Made by a program: the position numbers and the translations under genes. Below are positions 1 through 13,815 of a DNA stretch of 64,000 nucleotides, piece after piece. Below the pieces are notes generated by a model that saw only the letters and a program-made list of their open reading frames with translations, was not told where the DNA came from and searched no databases. The stretch is from Eledone cirrhosa (taxonomy: Eukaryota), in the NCBI GenBank assembly GCA_964016885.1, contig OZ024743.1:194990001-195054000 (forward strand), read 5' to 3'. Positions within the stretch are counted from its first letter, which is position 1. Each line of letters starts with the position of its first letter.

Positions 1-130
1 CCGCCGAGGTTGACTTTGCCTTTCATCCTTACGGAGTCGATAAAATTAAGTACCAGTAATGCATTGGGTAATTGCTGGCCTTGTGCCTAAAGTAGAAACA
101 ATTATTATTAATATTATTATTATTATTATT
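1..130 (+). mobile_element. tRNA-derived SINE, 3' part (dominant SINE family of the window)
   Basis: Body CCGAGGTTGACTTTGCCTTTCATCC..GTCGATAAAA..AAGTACCAGT..GCTGGCCTTGTGCC..TAGAAAC plus (ATT)n tail; recurs many times in the window. Confidence 0.9.
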
Positions 131-371
131 CTCTACATTCCTTACATCAAACCAAATTATATTGACAATCTTTAAATAATGTCTTCCTTGTGAAATTTGT
201 GGTCTTGTTTTGCTTAACTAATGAATATTTCCAGCTCTGCGCACCTAACTTCTTTCTATTGCACATTGAGCACATGCCTTTACGCGTTGTCTTCTAACTA
301 ATTCACCAATCTCTCCTCTTATATCTCCTCTCCTATCTCCATCTCTCTCTTTAAGATTGGTTACTCTTGAA

Positions 372-471
<100 letters not shown>

Positions 472-1024
472 ACATGAGGATATGGTCTAATACTTCACTA
501 TTTTCATTGGTAAGATGACATAAGTTTGATGCAATTTACTATCCTCTGTTCTTCAGTAATGAGAGGAAAGTGGATTCATTAATTACGTCTTGTTAAACTC
601 AACAATCTAAAATAATTTTCTGACACATTTGTTTGACTGTTTTAGAACTATGATGGATCCTCCATCTGATTGATCCTCCGTCTGTTGCCGTGATGATCAT
701 CCTGATCATTTAATTGTCATGTACATGTAGATTTAGCAGAATTCACATTATGAAGCAGCAGAATACAATGTAACAAAGCTGAACATTTGCTAATACAATT
801 TATCCGGTCGGCTTCTACAGAGTTTCCGTCAGCCCAGTTAAACTCACAAGATTTGGTCACCTGAGTCTCCGGTAAATGACAATCGCCTAATATGCCACTT
901 TGATGGATCAGATCCTGTCCCCCATAATATCTTAATAATTTATCCATAGCGTGTTTCTGTATGTGAGAGTATGTTTGTATGTGTGTATTTATGTATGTAT
1001 GTATGTATGTATAAATGTATGAAA

Positions 1025-1275
1025 CTGGGATAACTCCAACATATACCCTGCCGCTCAGTAGTTGACGATGATGTTGATCTTTTCTTCTTTTCCGGTTATA
1101 GCTACTGTCTCTCAGAGAGTAGGATTGGCTCAGTGCACAGTCTTTCCTCCCCTTAAAAAAATGCTTTACTCACAGGCAATGCACAATAGCATTAAGTGAT
1201 AATTACTAATAATGTTATATCGTGCAATGTCCATACTCGTTAAGGAGAGGGCAGCCATCATCATGTATGTATGTT
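1025..1275 (+). mobile_element. Decayed 3' fragment of the non-autonomous RTE-derived element
   Basis: GATGATGTTGATCTTTTCTTC..AGAGAGTAGGATTGGCT..GGCAGCCATCAT resembles 37320-37645; (TATG)n on both sides. Confidence 0.6.
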
Positions 1276-1943
1276 TGAATGTATGTGGTAATGTGTGAAT
1301 GTATTATGCACTTGCAACTACTTGGGTAGACATAAGGCCGTTGTAGTAACCTACAATATTTACACTTGACAGGGTCAAGGTCTGAACACAAACAATTTCT
1401 TCCAAAGGAAATAGAAAACATGTGAGATCTAGAGATAGAATGGGGCCCAGTGCTGGACTGGTACCTTTTGATATAACATTAGAATAATGAAAAGCAAAAT
1501 AGACCCCACAGAACACATAGAACACGAGCTGATGCGCTAAAGCAGTCTATCCGACATTTGTACAAGTTTGCCACATTCCTTATGTTAATTTCACTGGAAT
1601 AAGTTCATAGTTAAACATTAACCCATTGAGGTCTGTGAGAAGAACACTCATTTATCAACAGTCTAGAGTTATGTTAATTATGTTCTCTAATTTTCATAGA
1701 TCCCAACACAAACCTATGCCAACATAAACTAATCAATCAATCAATTTATCTATTTATCTAAGCATCTCTTTCTCTCGGCGAAATTTAGACATTTAATTGT
1801 CTTCTAATGTAAACTCTAGTTAACCGATAAGGAGGTGTGCGGTAGTAGATGAAATCTGTGCAGAGGCCAGCTTATGTATCTATCTATCTATCTATCTATC
1901 TGAAGATTTGTCTGTCTGTCTCTATCTCTATCAATGTAGCTAG

Positions 1944-1998
<55 letters not shown>

Positions 1999-2005
<7 letters not shown>

Positions 2006-2550
2006 GAATATATGAGAGGGATGAACACCGATACAAGTATGCATGTGTTCCAATTGCAAATGACTAAGTTAGCTAGGTTGAAAAAATACCAATTTAAAAA
2101 AATATGGTTTGCTTGTCTCGATTTAAAGTAATAAATCAATAAAAATAACAAACCTATATCGGACAACAGCCATAGATACCCGGACAGATCTAAATCTGTT
2201 TTACAAGAATTATTAAGTGAAAGCCACCATTCCTGTGCTCTTCTGCGTGTATCCATAAATTCGTACCTTTCACTTCAAAGGATCTAAGAAAACTGAACGA
2301 TATGCTGATATAAAAGCACCTAGCGCGTCTCATACTCATGCCGGGTTTATTGAGACTAAAGTTAGCTCTACATAAGGTGCCGAGAATATCATAGATTGAG
2401 ATAGAAACTCAAAATAGACTTTTACAGTTAAATACCTCAAAGAATCTTTCCGAGCCGTGTAATATAATTGAATATATGGGAAGGATGAACACCGATATAA
2501 GTATACATTTGTTCCAATTGCAAATGACCAAGTTAGCTAGGTTGAAAAAC
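1999..2550 (-). mobile_element. Non-coding partial-tandem element (~464 bp unit), PLE/retrozyme-like, with decayed hammerhead
   Basis: 2001-2085 repeats at 2465-2549; related copy at 11640-11870; bounded by (TA)n and (TG)n; minus strand GCACC..GAGACGCGCTA-GGTGC at 2316-2380. Confidence 0.55.
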
Positions 2551-2554
2551 GTTA

Positions 2555-2617
<63 letters not shown>

Positions 2618-4916
2618 ACTTAATGTATTGTTGTTGAGATATAATAACTATAATTAGAATATTTACTGAAACTTCCGATAGTGATCAGTAAATGAGTCAT
2701 CGTCTAAGTATTGGATATGATATACATATGGATTAACTATTATTTTTATATGTTACAATTCTATTGAAAGAAACACCTAAAAATGTATGAGGATAAGTAT
2801 TGAGATTAGATAGGTTTAATCCTACAACACTCTTTCATATTGCTATTACAACTTCCTTCGGCAACGTTGTGTTAGCTGCGATTAGTATGCTGTCCTCATA
2901 GTAAGTTGCATGCTGCATATCATTCTTTCTAAATTACCTATATTATTAATATAGATAAATCTGAGGTCACTGAAAAGAGATGGCCTCATTTATTGTGATA
3001 ATTGAATATGCATTTATCAGTAATGTGTCCTGTCAATAAGATGCTAGTTATTGTTCTTGTCCAGACCCACGTTTATTATTAAATGTATTCATCACGTAAC
3101 AATCGCATCTTTCCTTGGCAGCTTATATCTAGGATTTTATTATTCAACGTGTTAGAATCCTATAGTAAGACGGTAGGAAATGATTTGCGAGCGATTAAGA
3201 TGCTACGCAGCCCAACCGACTACGTAAAGGCCTTTTCTTTGGTTAAGATAACATTTAGATGTTCCATTTGAAAGGAATATAAGAATATGCATGTTTATGC
3301 ATATGACTTTTGGAATTGCAAAGTCTGTAAATGTATGAAACATAGGTTTAGATTAAACTAGAGTTACTAAAGATGTATATATATATATATATATGTCTGT
3401 ATTTAATTGGAAATGTGCAGAGTAAGTAATATCATGAAAAATACGTATTCCGAAAACAAGCAGAATAAAGCTGAGGAAAATGTAATCGTCTATAATAGTA
3501 GTAAGAAAGAAATATTATAATAATAGCGGCAATGCAACTTTCTCACTGTCAAACGAATGTAAAACGTCCGAAACGTTGCTATCTTTACTATTAAAGGCAA
3601 CAAAACTTATAACACTTTTTATGAACCCTTGCATATGTTTGAATATGTAATTTCGTTTGGCATTTTCATGATAACCGTTGTTAACTAGCACAATCTGCTG
3701 GTTTCCATTGAATCATAACGTTTCTATTCTCTTTTTAATCGCTCAACATTTCATAATTATATTTATTTATCATGTAACACTAAAATTACTGAGAGAAATA
3801 TCCCAGAGACCTTTCTGCATACTAAATAGTAGTCGATTACATGATGTTTTTTACTTCCTAATATTGATTAGGTTCACAGAAAATCTGGTTCACAGAATGA
3901 TTCACAATCCCACTCAAAAGTATTTTACCTCACTTTATCATTGCTTCTCTTGACTAATGCAAGAATTCCTTTTTACTGGGTTTTTTTGCTTAATAAATCT
4001 CAATATCTATATTATGAAAGGAAATATATTCTACTTAATATTTTTCTCCAGAACTGTTGATTGAGAAATATTTGACTATAATTACTTCCACATTAAAGTA
4101 ATGTGAAAATGTAAATTGTTTTCCTAATATATATTTTAAATATGTTGTATACAATCAATAGATTTTTATTACTTAAATTCTTTACCTATTCATTGGAAGA
4201 TAAATTAAGTCATATCTGATGACATTAGCGAAACTCAGAAACCATAATTTTTAATTTCCCATCCAGATGTAATTATAATTTTTCTCATTAATCTTTTCCA
4301 TGAATTCAATTATTTAATACCCCATTCTTTATTTGTAAATTAGTTTCTTCCTCTCCCATCGTCGTCATATATCTCTTATAATTGCTCCACATTCATAATA
4401 TCCTCCTTGTCAATCCATGACAGCTTCAATTATTGCGACTTCTACCACAATCTGAACATATGTGAAATTAATCTCATATAGAAACTTCATGCATATTCAT
4501 GGAAATACCAATCTAGTTTATATCCTCACCTACATCATCTAATCTGGGTGTTCGCCAATATTACAATTTTTTCCGTGATTTATTATTAGCATGTTTTCGG
4601 CAGAGATTTATGTATTTTATAAAATATTTTCTCCTGCACCAATTTCTATTTTTTTATTTTCATCGTGAATTGCTGTAAAAAACAAAATTACATTTGCATG
4701 TTTTGATTTGAATATAGAACAACTGCTTGAGCATTCTACATTAAACGTTTAATTATCCACCATCTAGTACATAGTCTATTATATGTATGCTGATAGTGAG
4801 TGAGATCGAAAACTGTGCTCCTACATAAAAAAACATTCATAGGCAAAATCAAATAAAACTATAGAAAGATAATGTTTCATAGCATCCTTTATTCTGATTT
4901 GAAGAATCCCACTTAT

Positions 4917-5095
4917 ATATAAAATAGGCGGCGAATTAGCTGAGTCATTGGAACACCGGACGGAATATTCTGCAGTATTCATTTTCCTTTGCTTCGTTCT
5001 GATTTCAAATCCTACCAAAGTCAATTTTGATTTTTATCATTTCGAGGACGCTAAAAATGTACTAGTCCAGTCCAGTTTTTGGGGTCGATTAGTAC
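4917..5095 (+). mobile_element. Degenerate SINE copy
   Basis: GGCGGCGAATTAGCTGAGTC head, TTCAAATCC B-box-like motif, decayed body. Confidence 0.65.
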
Positions 5096-5382
5096 TCTAT
5101 ATCTCTTTCTAGCATCCTCTCATTCTCTCTGATCCTAAGGAAGAAATTGACTATGTTCAAGCCTGGAGAGCAATGGGGTTCGGCCAAATTTGAAATGTCC
5201 AAGAAACGCAGCATGTCACCATGTCACCCCTATGATACCACTGGATCAATATATACATACTTATTAAGAACTATGCAGCAATGCATATAAATCTTATACT
5301 TTGGAATGCTGTTTACATATCTGCTGAAATAAATAATGATTAAACCCTATTTTAATGGTATTATTAGTGATGGTATTTGTGG

Positions 5383-5810
5383 AGAAAGCCCATTAAAAGG
5401 TAACAGTGACCCTGACCACCAAGGCAAGTGCCCTCTCCCAGTTTTCCACCTTTAATTTACAGACACATACTCAGAGTAGGCCCATTAACTCGGGCCATTC
5501 TTGCTTCTCTCACCCATCTTTCAACAAAATACTGGGAAGAGAGCACTTCCCTCTCTACTCTGATTTTCCTTTTCAAATGAAATTTGAAAAAGTCAATCAG
5601 GGCATCACCGAAGAGGTAAGTGCTCGTCTACAGCCCTTTGAAACGTGTCCACTATACTATCTCCCCCTTATTGGGGAATTTTTCATTGTTATTTTTTTTA
5701 TTACATCCTCTGTTTTTTTACACGCAGAAATGTCCATTTGTACCGTCCTGTATTGTCCTGTACTGTCCTTAATGTCTACTTTATGTAAACCCTTGTGGTT
5801 AATAAAGAAA
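5383..5810. mobile_element. L1/Tx1-like 3' fragment with 5' inversion
   Basis: Minus 5450-5650 encodes ..ALIDFFKFHLKRKIRVEREVLSSQYFVERW..; plus 5660-5810 is a 3' UTR ending GTGGTTAATAAAGAAA; imperfect flanking duplication 5358-5382/5811-5835; same family at 49038-49735. Confidence 0.6.
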
Positions 5811-6129
5811 GCATTATTAGTGATGATATTGGCGGTGGTAGTAGTAGTCATATTAATAGTAGCACTAGCTGCCGCTGTTATAGAACTAGGAGAAGTGTGG
5901 ATGAGGAGACGTATAATTATGGGTTATAGTTGTGTAAGATGATGGCGTTAATTGTGAAGGCTGGAGGCGAGAAGTAATGGTAGTATTGGTAGTATTAGTG
6001 GTTGTAACCTAACTTTTAACTCTCCAAAGTACTTCAATTTCTCTTCCTCTCCTTATCTCTCACTATTATAAGAAAATGGAGGGCCATGCGCTGGCTGCGG
6101 GGTAGCCAAGGTGGACAGAATATATTGCA

Positions 6130-8840
6130 ACTACTAATAATTTTTCCTCATATGTCCAGCAATTTAAATGGAGGGGAAAGGCTATTATAACTACTACTAA
6201 TTATAAAGTTTTCTAATTTTGGCACAAGGCCATAATAACATCGGTGAGATTTGAACTCAAAAAGTAAAGTGCCGTAAGTATATAACACAAAGCATAATTT
6301 CCAATACTGGGACTGTCATTCTACCGTCATCTACTAATAATAATTGTTTCTACTTTTAGCACAAGGCCAGCAATTATCCCAGAGCATTACTGGTACTTTA
6401 TTTTATCGACTCCGTAAGGATGAAAGGCAAAGTTAACCTCAGTTGGATTTGAACTCAAAACATAAAGGGCCATAACTCTATGCTGTAAAGCATGGTGTCT
6501 GACGCTCTAATGATTTCTAGTATAGACACAAGGCCAGTAATTTTGGGGGACGGGAAAGTCGATTAAATCGACCCCAGTACGTTATTGGTGCTTTATTTTA
6601 TCGTACCCGTAGGGGTGAAAAGCAAAGATAACCTCGGCAGGATTTCAACTTAGAACGTAAAGGGCCGTAACTCTATACCACAAAGCATGGTGTCTGACGC
6701 TCTACCGATACTACCAATCTACCGCCTTTCTACTACTAGTAATAATGATATTAATAATTCTTTACAATTTAGGCGCAGGCCACTAAATTTACGGTGAAGG
6801 GAGATTCGATCATATCGTCATCGTGGCTGGGATTTTATTTTATCGATCTTGGAATAATTAAAAGCAAAGATAATCCCGGTGGCATGTGACCGCAAAATGC
6901 ATGGAGCCAGAATTAATATTTCTAATTATATGTCCAATGTTCTTACCACTCTGCCAATCTACCATACTAATAAGTCCTTCTAGTTTAAGTGCAAGGCCGG
7001 CAGTTTGAGGAGAAGGAGAAAGTCGATCGACACAGTAATTCACTAGTACTTTATTTTATCTACCCCAGGGGAATACAGCCATTGCTACTGGCACTTTTAT
7101 GATAGGTTTGATAGTTACTTCAGGCAGTGCTGTGATTACCATCATCGTCATCATCTTGGCAGTATCGGTAGAGTGTCAGACGCTATACTTTGCAACATAG
7201 AGTTATGGCCCTTTACATCCTTACGTGGTCGATAAAATATTGCCCCAGTAATGCACTGGGGTAATTGCTGGCCTTGTGCCAAAAGTAGAATCATTATTAC
7301 TATTATTAGAGGTCAGTGAATTGGCAGTATCGGTAGAGGGTTGGACGCCATGCTTTCTAGCATAGTTACTTCCCTTTACGGTCTGAGTTCAAATCCCGTC
7401 GAGGTTAACTTTGCCTTTCATCCTTACGGGGATCGATAAAATAAAGTACCAGTAATACACTGGTATTTGCTGGCCTTGTGCCTAACGTAGAAACAATTAT
7501 TACTATTATTAGGGCTGTTGAATGGCAATATCGGTAGAACATCTGAAAAAGTGCTTTGTGGCATATAGTCAAGACACTTTACACTCTGAGCTCCAATCTC
7601 GCCGAGGTTAGCGTTGCCTTACACATTATCGAGATCGATAAAATGAAGTACCGTTAATGCACCGTAGTCGGTTTAATTGATTTTCATCTCTTGAAATTTC
7701 TGTTCTTGTGCCAAATGTAGATATTGCTCTAGCAGTAATAGAAGCAACAGCCACAAGATAATACTAGTTTTGCAACTACATAAGAATGCTCGAGCTGTCG
7801 CATGAAAGAAAAATACATTTCTATGGCATGTCTGACTACAGGAAGCCAATCATACAAGGCTCTCGGGCATAGTGGCTGAAATATTATTAGATGACACTGT
7901 CAAGAGATACAGTATAAGAGTACATATGACCATAATATGAAAGCAGTCTATAATTAGTTAATATTTAGTACCGAATTCTGCGAGGAAAGCCAATCGTTAT
8001 TGTTGTTCCTGTCCCTTATGAATGTCCTTCTTTGGATTTTCTTGTTTAATGTTATCAGCGCACTGGATAGTCAGAATAAGTAGGGCCTTGCAGCATATGT
8101 TTCAACTCTTCAGATCTACTAATCTCTAAATCCCCAAATTGAGAGAATCATGAAAAAAGTGCTCCCAAATGGGGCGAATGAGGCAAAATGGGGGTGTTTT
8201 TAGTTAATGAAAGCTATACCCATTTTCACAAGAGAAGACCTTGCTCATCCACCCCAAAGTGGAACGGGAAGAGTTGACACGTCTTGCTCTTTATATTCTA
8301 GGTTTAAATCCCTCTGATGACTAGAGAAGAATGAAAGGCAATGTGTACTTTACTTTTCATCCTTCGTTCATTAAAATAGTGAATTGAAGAAGATGTAATA
8401 AACTTTTCCTACTCCAAAAAATATCGGCCTTCTGCCTAAATTAAGAGTTATTATTTTTACAAACGGCTGAGTTCAAATCTTGTTGAGGTTAGCTTAGCTT
8501 TGCCTTTCATCCTTACGGGTTCGATAAAATAAAGTACCAGTAATGCACTGCGGTCGAATTACTCGACTTTCCCCTCCCCCAAAATTGTTAGCCTTGTGTC
8601 TAAATCAGAAACCATTCTTTTTACAAGCGGTGAATTGGCAGAATCGTTAGAGCGTTGCACTAAACGCTTTGCTGCACTTTTTTACTTTCATTTCTTAGAA
8701 GAAATTTCGTCGAGGTCAAATTTGCCTTTTAACAGTTCAGGTTTAATAAAACAAAATATCAATCAAATAACCGAGTCGATAAAATCGACTTTTCCTTCCT
8801 CACAAATGGCAGACCTTGTACTTAAACTAGACGTCCTTAT
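6130..8840. mobile_element. Dense cluster of ~10 SINE copies/fragments (mostly minus 6130-7075, plus 7160-7730 and 8340-8840)
   Basis: Repeated SINE head (TGGCAGTATCGG A-box, GAGTTCAAATCC B-box), body and tail motifs in both orientations. Confidence 0.85.
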
Positions 8841-10920
8841 ATCATATAATATGATATTGTTATTTGCTGTATCTAGCAGGTTATGCAATTATCTAAAGGC
8901 TTCTACTTTTTTCAGTACTGCGTAAGTAACTTCAAGAGTTTCATGACATTGTATTTTGTACGTTCTTTACTTATTCAAGAGGAAATATATGTGTACATAT
9001 GTATGCACCATAGCATCTGAAGGATATATATTCCATACAGTATATGTTACAAAGTTATAAAATATTATATTATGTATATGTTTTATGTATAGTGTATTGT
9101 ACACACAAACTCACACACATGCACGCACACAGATACACACACATACACACACACATACACACACGCAACACGCACGCAGACGCACACAAACACATATATA
9201 TTTATATATATGAATTAATCTAATTAAGTGCGCTAACTAGAAATAAATTAGCCTCCTTTGTAAGAAAGTTGCCGCCTTATATGACTGTTTTTGCTCCGTG
9301 CAGATATATAGGGCATTGTGTAACAGTAGGTCTTCACAATAAAGGTTCAGATACTTTATAAACCACATGTTATGTGTGGTGCATCTTAAGAAATATTAAA
9401 TAACTGAGTTGTAAGAGAAGACATCATGGAACATTTTGTTAATATCAGTGAAAATTCATATACAATTTTATTTTCTTAGTAAATTATCTGTCATTCAAAT
9501 CTCCCTTCTTTATTGCTATATCTCGTATATTTTTAAGTCGAGATATCTGATATATTAAATCACTGTTGTTGTTATGTCTTGTTATCAACATCGCCGTAAA
9601 AGCTCATGTTTGCCTCCGTCTTCCTCAACTAATACTTTCTCCTCCCCTCTTCCTCCTCTTCATCATCCTTATCATTACCACCACCACCACCACCACCACC
9701 ACCAGCAACAGCAGCAGCATAGACATCATTATTAACATTGTTATCATTTTCATCAGATTCGTGGGAAATATAAAATTCAATTTATTTGAAACTGTATGTA
9801 TATGCGCTCAATGAATATTCAATTTTCTTCCCTTTTTGTCACTGTGGCGGTGTCGATTCTCTAAACATCCTGACCAATAAAGTAATGCTAATGAGAAGCG
9901 TTTTATTTGAAAAGTTCATATACTTTCCGAGGTAATACTTCCATTAGGAATTCTCTCTTAAACGTTTCGAAAACTTAATTGAACAACAACTAACGGATAA
10001 TGCTGAGTTACAAATATTGAAAGTGGTGACGAGAAAGATGAAGCAAATATCTTTCTAACTTGACAGTTATATAGATCCATAGGGTCTTTCCTTGCTCTAT
10101 CTACAATTTCCTCATTTATATTGCTTTTTTCTTGCTTACATTCGACTCTGCTCAGTTCTTCTTTCTAACATGGTCTGTCTATTAGCCTATCTATAATTTT
10201 CATAAATCTTAATAATCTTTCAACCTTTTTTCACTTCATTTTCTTAGCTGTCTTTCTCCTGTTTCTCACGTTCAATTTACTTCCTGCTTATTTCTTTCTA
10301 TCTTCCTTTTACTATATTATCTAGCAACATTCTACGTATCTTTCCTTAACTGACACCTGAATGTTTGAATTATGGAGTGAAATTGTTATTAATGATTTTG
10401 TTGAAAGTTGTGTCTTTAATGGATTATTGTATGTACTTCGTCAAAAGGAAAATTCTGTTAGAAGAATTCCGTTGCAGAGACATAACTGAAAATGATTAAG
10501 TGGGTGACTGCAAATTGAATTTCCAATTATTTCTGCATTTATTTTCCTTGATTGTTTTCAACAAAAACGTCTTAGAATGGAATTATTGCTACAGTAGCAA
10601 TATTATTGCAATTTCATACAAATATGGAATGAAAAGAGAGAATTTTGTCGAGTGTATACATATTCATACAGGAATAAGGAGATGAAAGTATAGACAGATA
10701 CACACACTATGGGAATAGAAGTAAAGAAAAACAATGTATATATGGATAGGAACTAATATATAATTGTACAGAACTCTTGAACACCTGTAAAAAATAATTG
10801 AAAGTGCTAGCTGAATCTGAGATTCAGATACCATTCCTTCATACACCGTTAAGTAATTATTCCCCGTAACAAATATAGCCTTTTGTACACTACCAACAGC
10901 TGCACATTATATACACACCA

Positions 10921-10990
10921 TCGATAAAATAAAGTACCACTAATGCACTGGTTAATTGCTGGCCTTGTGCCTAAAGTAGAAACAATTATA
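10921..10990 (+). mobile_element. 5'-truncated SINE with TSD
   Basis: SINE 3' end flanked by ATTATATACACACCATC on both sides. Confidence 0.8.
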
Positions 10991-11066
10991 TACACACCAT
11001 CAAAAGTCTCACATATATGTAAGTATATATGTTTTAAATGTATGTGATCATTCTATGTATATGCAA

Positions 11067-11236
<170 letters not shown>

Positions 11237-11524
11237 AAAATTATCCAAATTATTACGTCGGCTTTTCCAAGGTCTAGACGAGATTTCTTTCCGGTAGTAT
11301 TATAGAGCCCGATGTACATTCAAACGTAAATTCTTAATTTGAAATGTATTATTTATTCCACTGAGTTTAATCTGTTGAACACTTAAGCTTCAGGATATAA
11401 CTAACTCGGTCTGGTTTTTTGTGAACAGTCTAAACTTGATGACACATACTTGGACAAACACAACACACATACTTACACACACCCCACGTAGACGCTACTA
11501 TAGAAAAATATATATACACGCACG

Positions 11525-11559
<35 letters not shown>

Positions 11560-11573
11560 GCGTGTGTGTACAG

Positions 11574-11635
<62 letters not shown>

Positions 11636-11639
<4 letters not shown>

Positions 11640-11870
11640 TTAGAAACTCAGAGCAGTCTCTTACAGTTAAATAGCTCTAAGAAAAAAGCTTTTCCGAGCC
11701 GTGTAATATAATTGAAAAAACAAGAGAGATGAACACTAATATAAACATACATGTGTTCGAATCGTAAGGAGTAGGTTAGCTAGTGTGAAAAAATACTAAC
11801 TACAGCAATATGGTTTGTCAAACTTAATTTTAAATAGTAAATTAAGAAAAATAAGACCTATATCGGGAAA
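11636..11870 (-). mobile_element. Diverged copy of the 1999-2550 element family
   Basis: Shares TAGAAACTCA..TTACAGTTAAATA..TTCCGAGCCGTGTAATATAATTGAA..GATGAACAC..GTTAGCTAG..CCTATATCGG; (TA)n on both sides. Confidence 0.7.
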
Positions 11871-12059
11871 ATATATATATATAGGAAAAGAGTCAAACGG
11901 CTGAGCTTAGGCCGTTTCGACAGCTCACTGTCTTGACTCATTTCCTATTACCCAATCTACTACCTTCTTTGTTATATATATGCATACATATAACGAAGGA
12001 GGTAGTATAGTATATATATATGTGTGTGTGTGAGTGTGTGTGTGTGTGGGGGGGGGGAT

Positions 12060-13050
12060 CGTATCAGATCGCTCGTGCGCTGAATTGATAATAGGTAGCC
12101 CAGTCCCACCTGTCACCTTGTCGGGGCGTTGTCTAACTAAAGTTTGCTTGGAGAGGAGTATGATTAAAGTCCCCCTGTGGAGTGAAATGCAAAATCCATC
12201 AAAAGGTGGAGGAACACTTGCAAGTCAATTTCCATCCAATACCTTAGATGAGTTGATCACTAAGTTCGTGGAAAACATTTGCACACATCTATTGTTATCA
12301 ACATTTCTAAAAAGTGTTGCTGTTCTTGAAACAACCCTTCTCCACAATAAACAATTCATTTGTATGAGTAGCTCAACCACTGTCCCAGTTCCTTCAGCAC
12401 GGTAAGGGCTTAGTAAATACAATGATATGAAGTTCTTAGATGATTGCCGTACATGCACAGATAATGTGCTTAGGCTGCTTTAACTCTGAAAGAAATTTGA
12501 ACTTAGTATCACTAATACCTTCAGTCAAAAGTTATAAAACAGCGTGGATGCGTCCTAGAGTCATGGATTGGCTCATGATTGACTAGGTCATCACACACAG
12601 TTATGACTTAAACGATTTCAAAATCACACTTCTTCCTATCTCTCGGATGCTGCACTGAACACAGTAAGGTTAAATTCTATCTTACCTAAAAAGCTTGTCT
12701 TCCACAAAAAAATGTTTTAGCTCTGCTCTGGTAATGCACTTTCTGATTGAGTTTCCAATGCCGATCTGTTCCCGTGGTGTAGCATCAGTGGGATTCAGTA
12801 ATTTCTGATGAAATTCCAACTTAGATGGCCTGGTCATTTTTTGCGGATGACTGAGGATCGCACACCAAATACTGCCGTGCAGTTAATTTCATAATAGTGC
12901 ACGTAATATAGGCAAACCAGTATCCAGAAAATGGTGATATGCCTGACAAGAAGTCACAAATACCTTTGACATATTTCGCCTGGGCCATCTTCGTGATCTA
13001 AGATCTAACACCAAGATTCGATCAAACCCTTCATCCTGCTCCATTAAAAA
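12060..13050 (+). pseudogene. Degenerate RTE (BovB-like) LINE remnant: 5' UTR plus endonuclease fragments
   Basis: Broken frames read ELSITNTF..TAWMRPRVMDWLMID*VITH, matching the RTE EN motif LxITNTF..TWMHPRSKHWHLIDYVI; 5' part resembles the RTE-derived elements at 37-42 kb. Confidence 0.6.
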
Positions 13051-13399
13051 GTTCTGTCATCTGCACTAAATGTAGTTTAATGTGTAAATCAGCACATGTA
13101 CTACAGTGCCATTTAAAGCATAATCATAAATATTGAAATGAGAAGACTGTTGAACCCTCATACCACGACATGTGTGTTTCTTTTTATGTAAGTGGGCAGT
13201 GTGTTTCTATTCTTAAAACTAAGACAAGATTTACATGTATAATCGTAGATAGACAAAAGGATTTATGTCGTAATAGCACATATATCCGTACACATTTTAA
13301 TATGTCTACCTATATTTAACATGCGTTCACTCTGGCATGTAAACCTTATACGTATTTGTGTAATGTGTTATCTGTGCGTTTGCTCTCCCTATCTTTCGT

Positions 13400-13442
13400 A
13401 CTGCACACATACACACACTTTCTCTTCTCATATGTATATATA

Positions 13443-13506
<64 letters not shown>

Positions 13507-13656
13507 CAAACATATACACGTGCTCACACATACACACATATATAGATATATATACGTGTACACATACATATATATATATATATTTATATATATACGTGTG
13601 CATACACACACACCCACCACACACATTTATATATATACACACACACACATATACAT

Positions 13657-13740
<84 letters not shown>

Positions 13741-13815
13741 GTGTGTGTGTATATATACGCGTGTAAACATGTGTTTGTAAGTATGCATTTATGTATATGC
13801 GCGCGTGTATTTGTG
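13400..13815. repeat. Compound (TA)/(CA)/(TG) microsatellite block
   Basis: Directly visible. Confidence 0.95.

Noticed and set aside
717-947. 76 aa Cys-containing ORF as a host exon
   Set aside because: No recognisable domain or splice context; vaguely resembles a very decayed LINE RT, too weak to annotate
4212-4245. CTGATGA-CATTAGC-GAAAC as a hammerhead
   Set aside because: Stem II does not close and no stem I/III can be formed; likely chance
5406-5942. 178 aa ORF with hydrophobic C-terminus
   Set aside because: Antisense to an L1/Tx1 relic, then UTR and low-complexity (GTA/GTG) sequence
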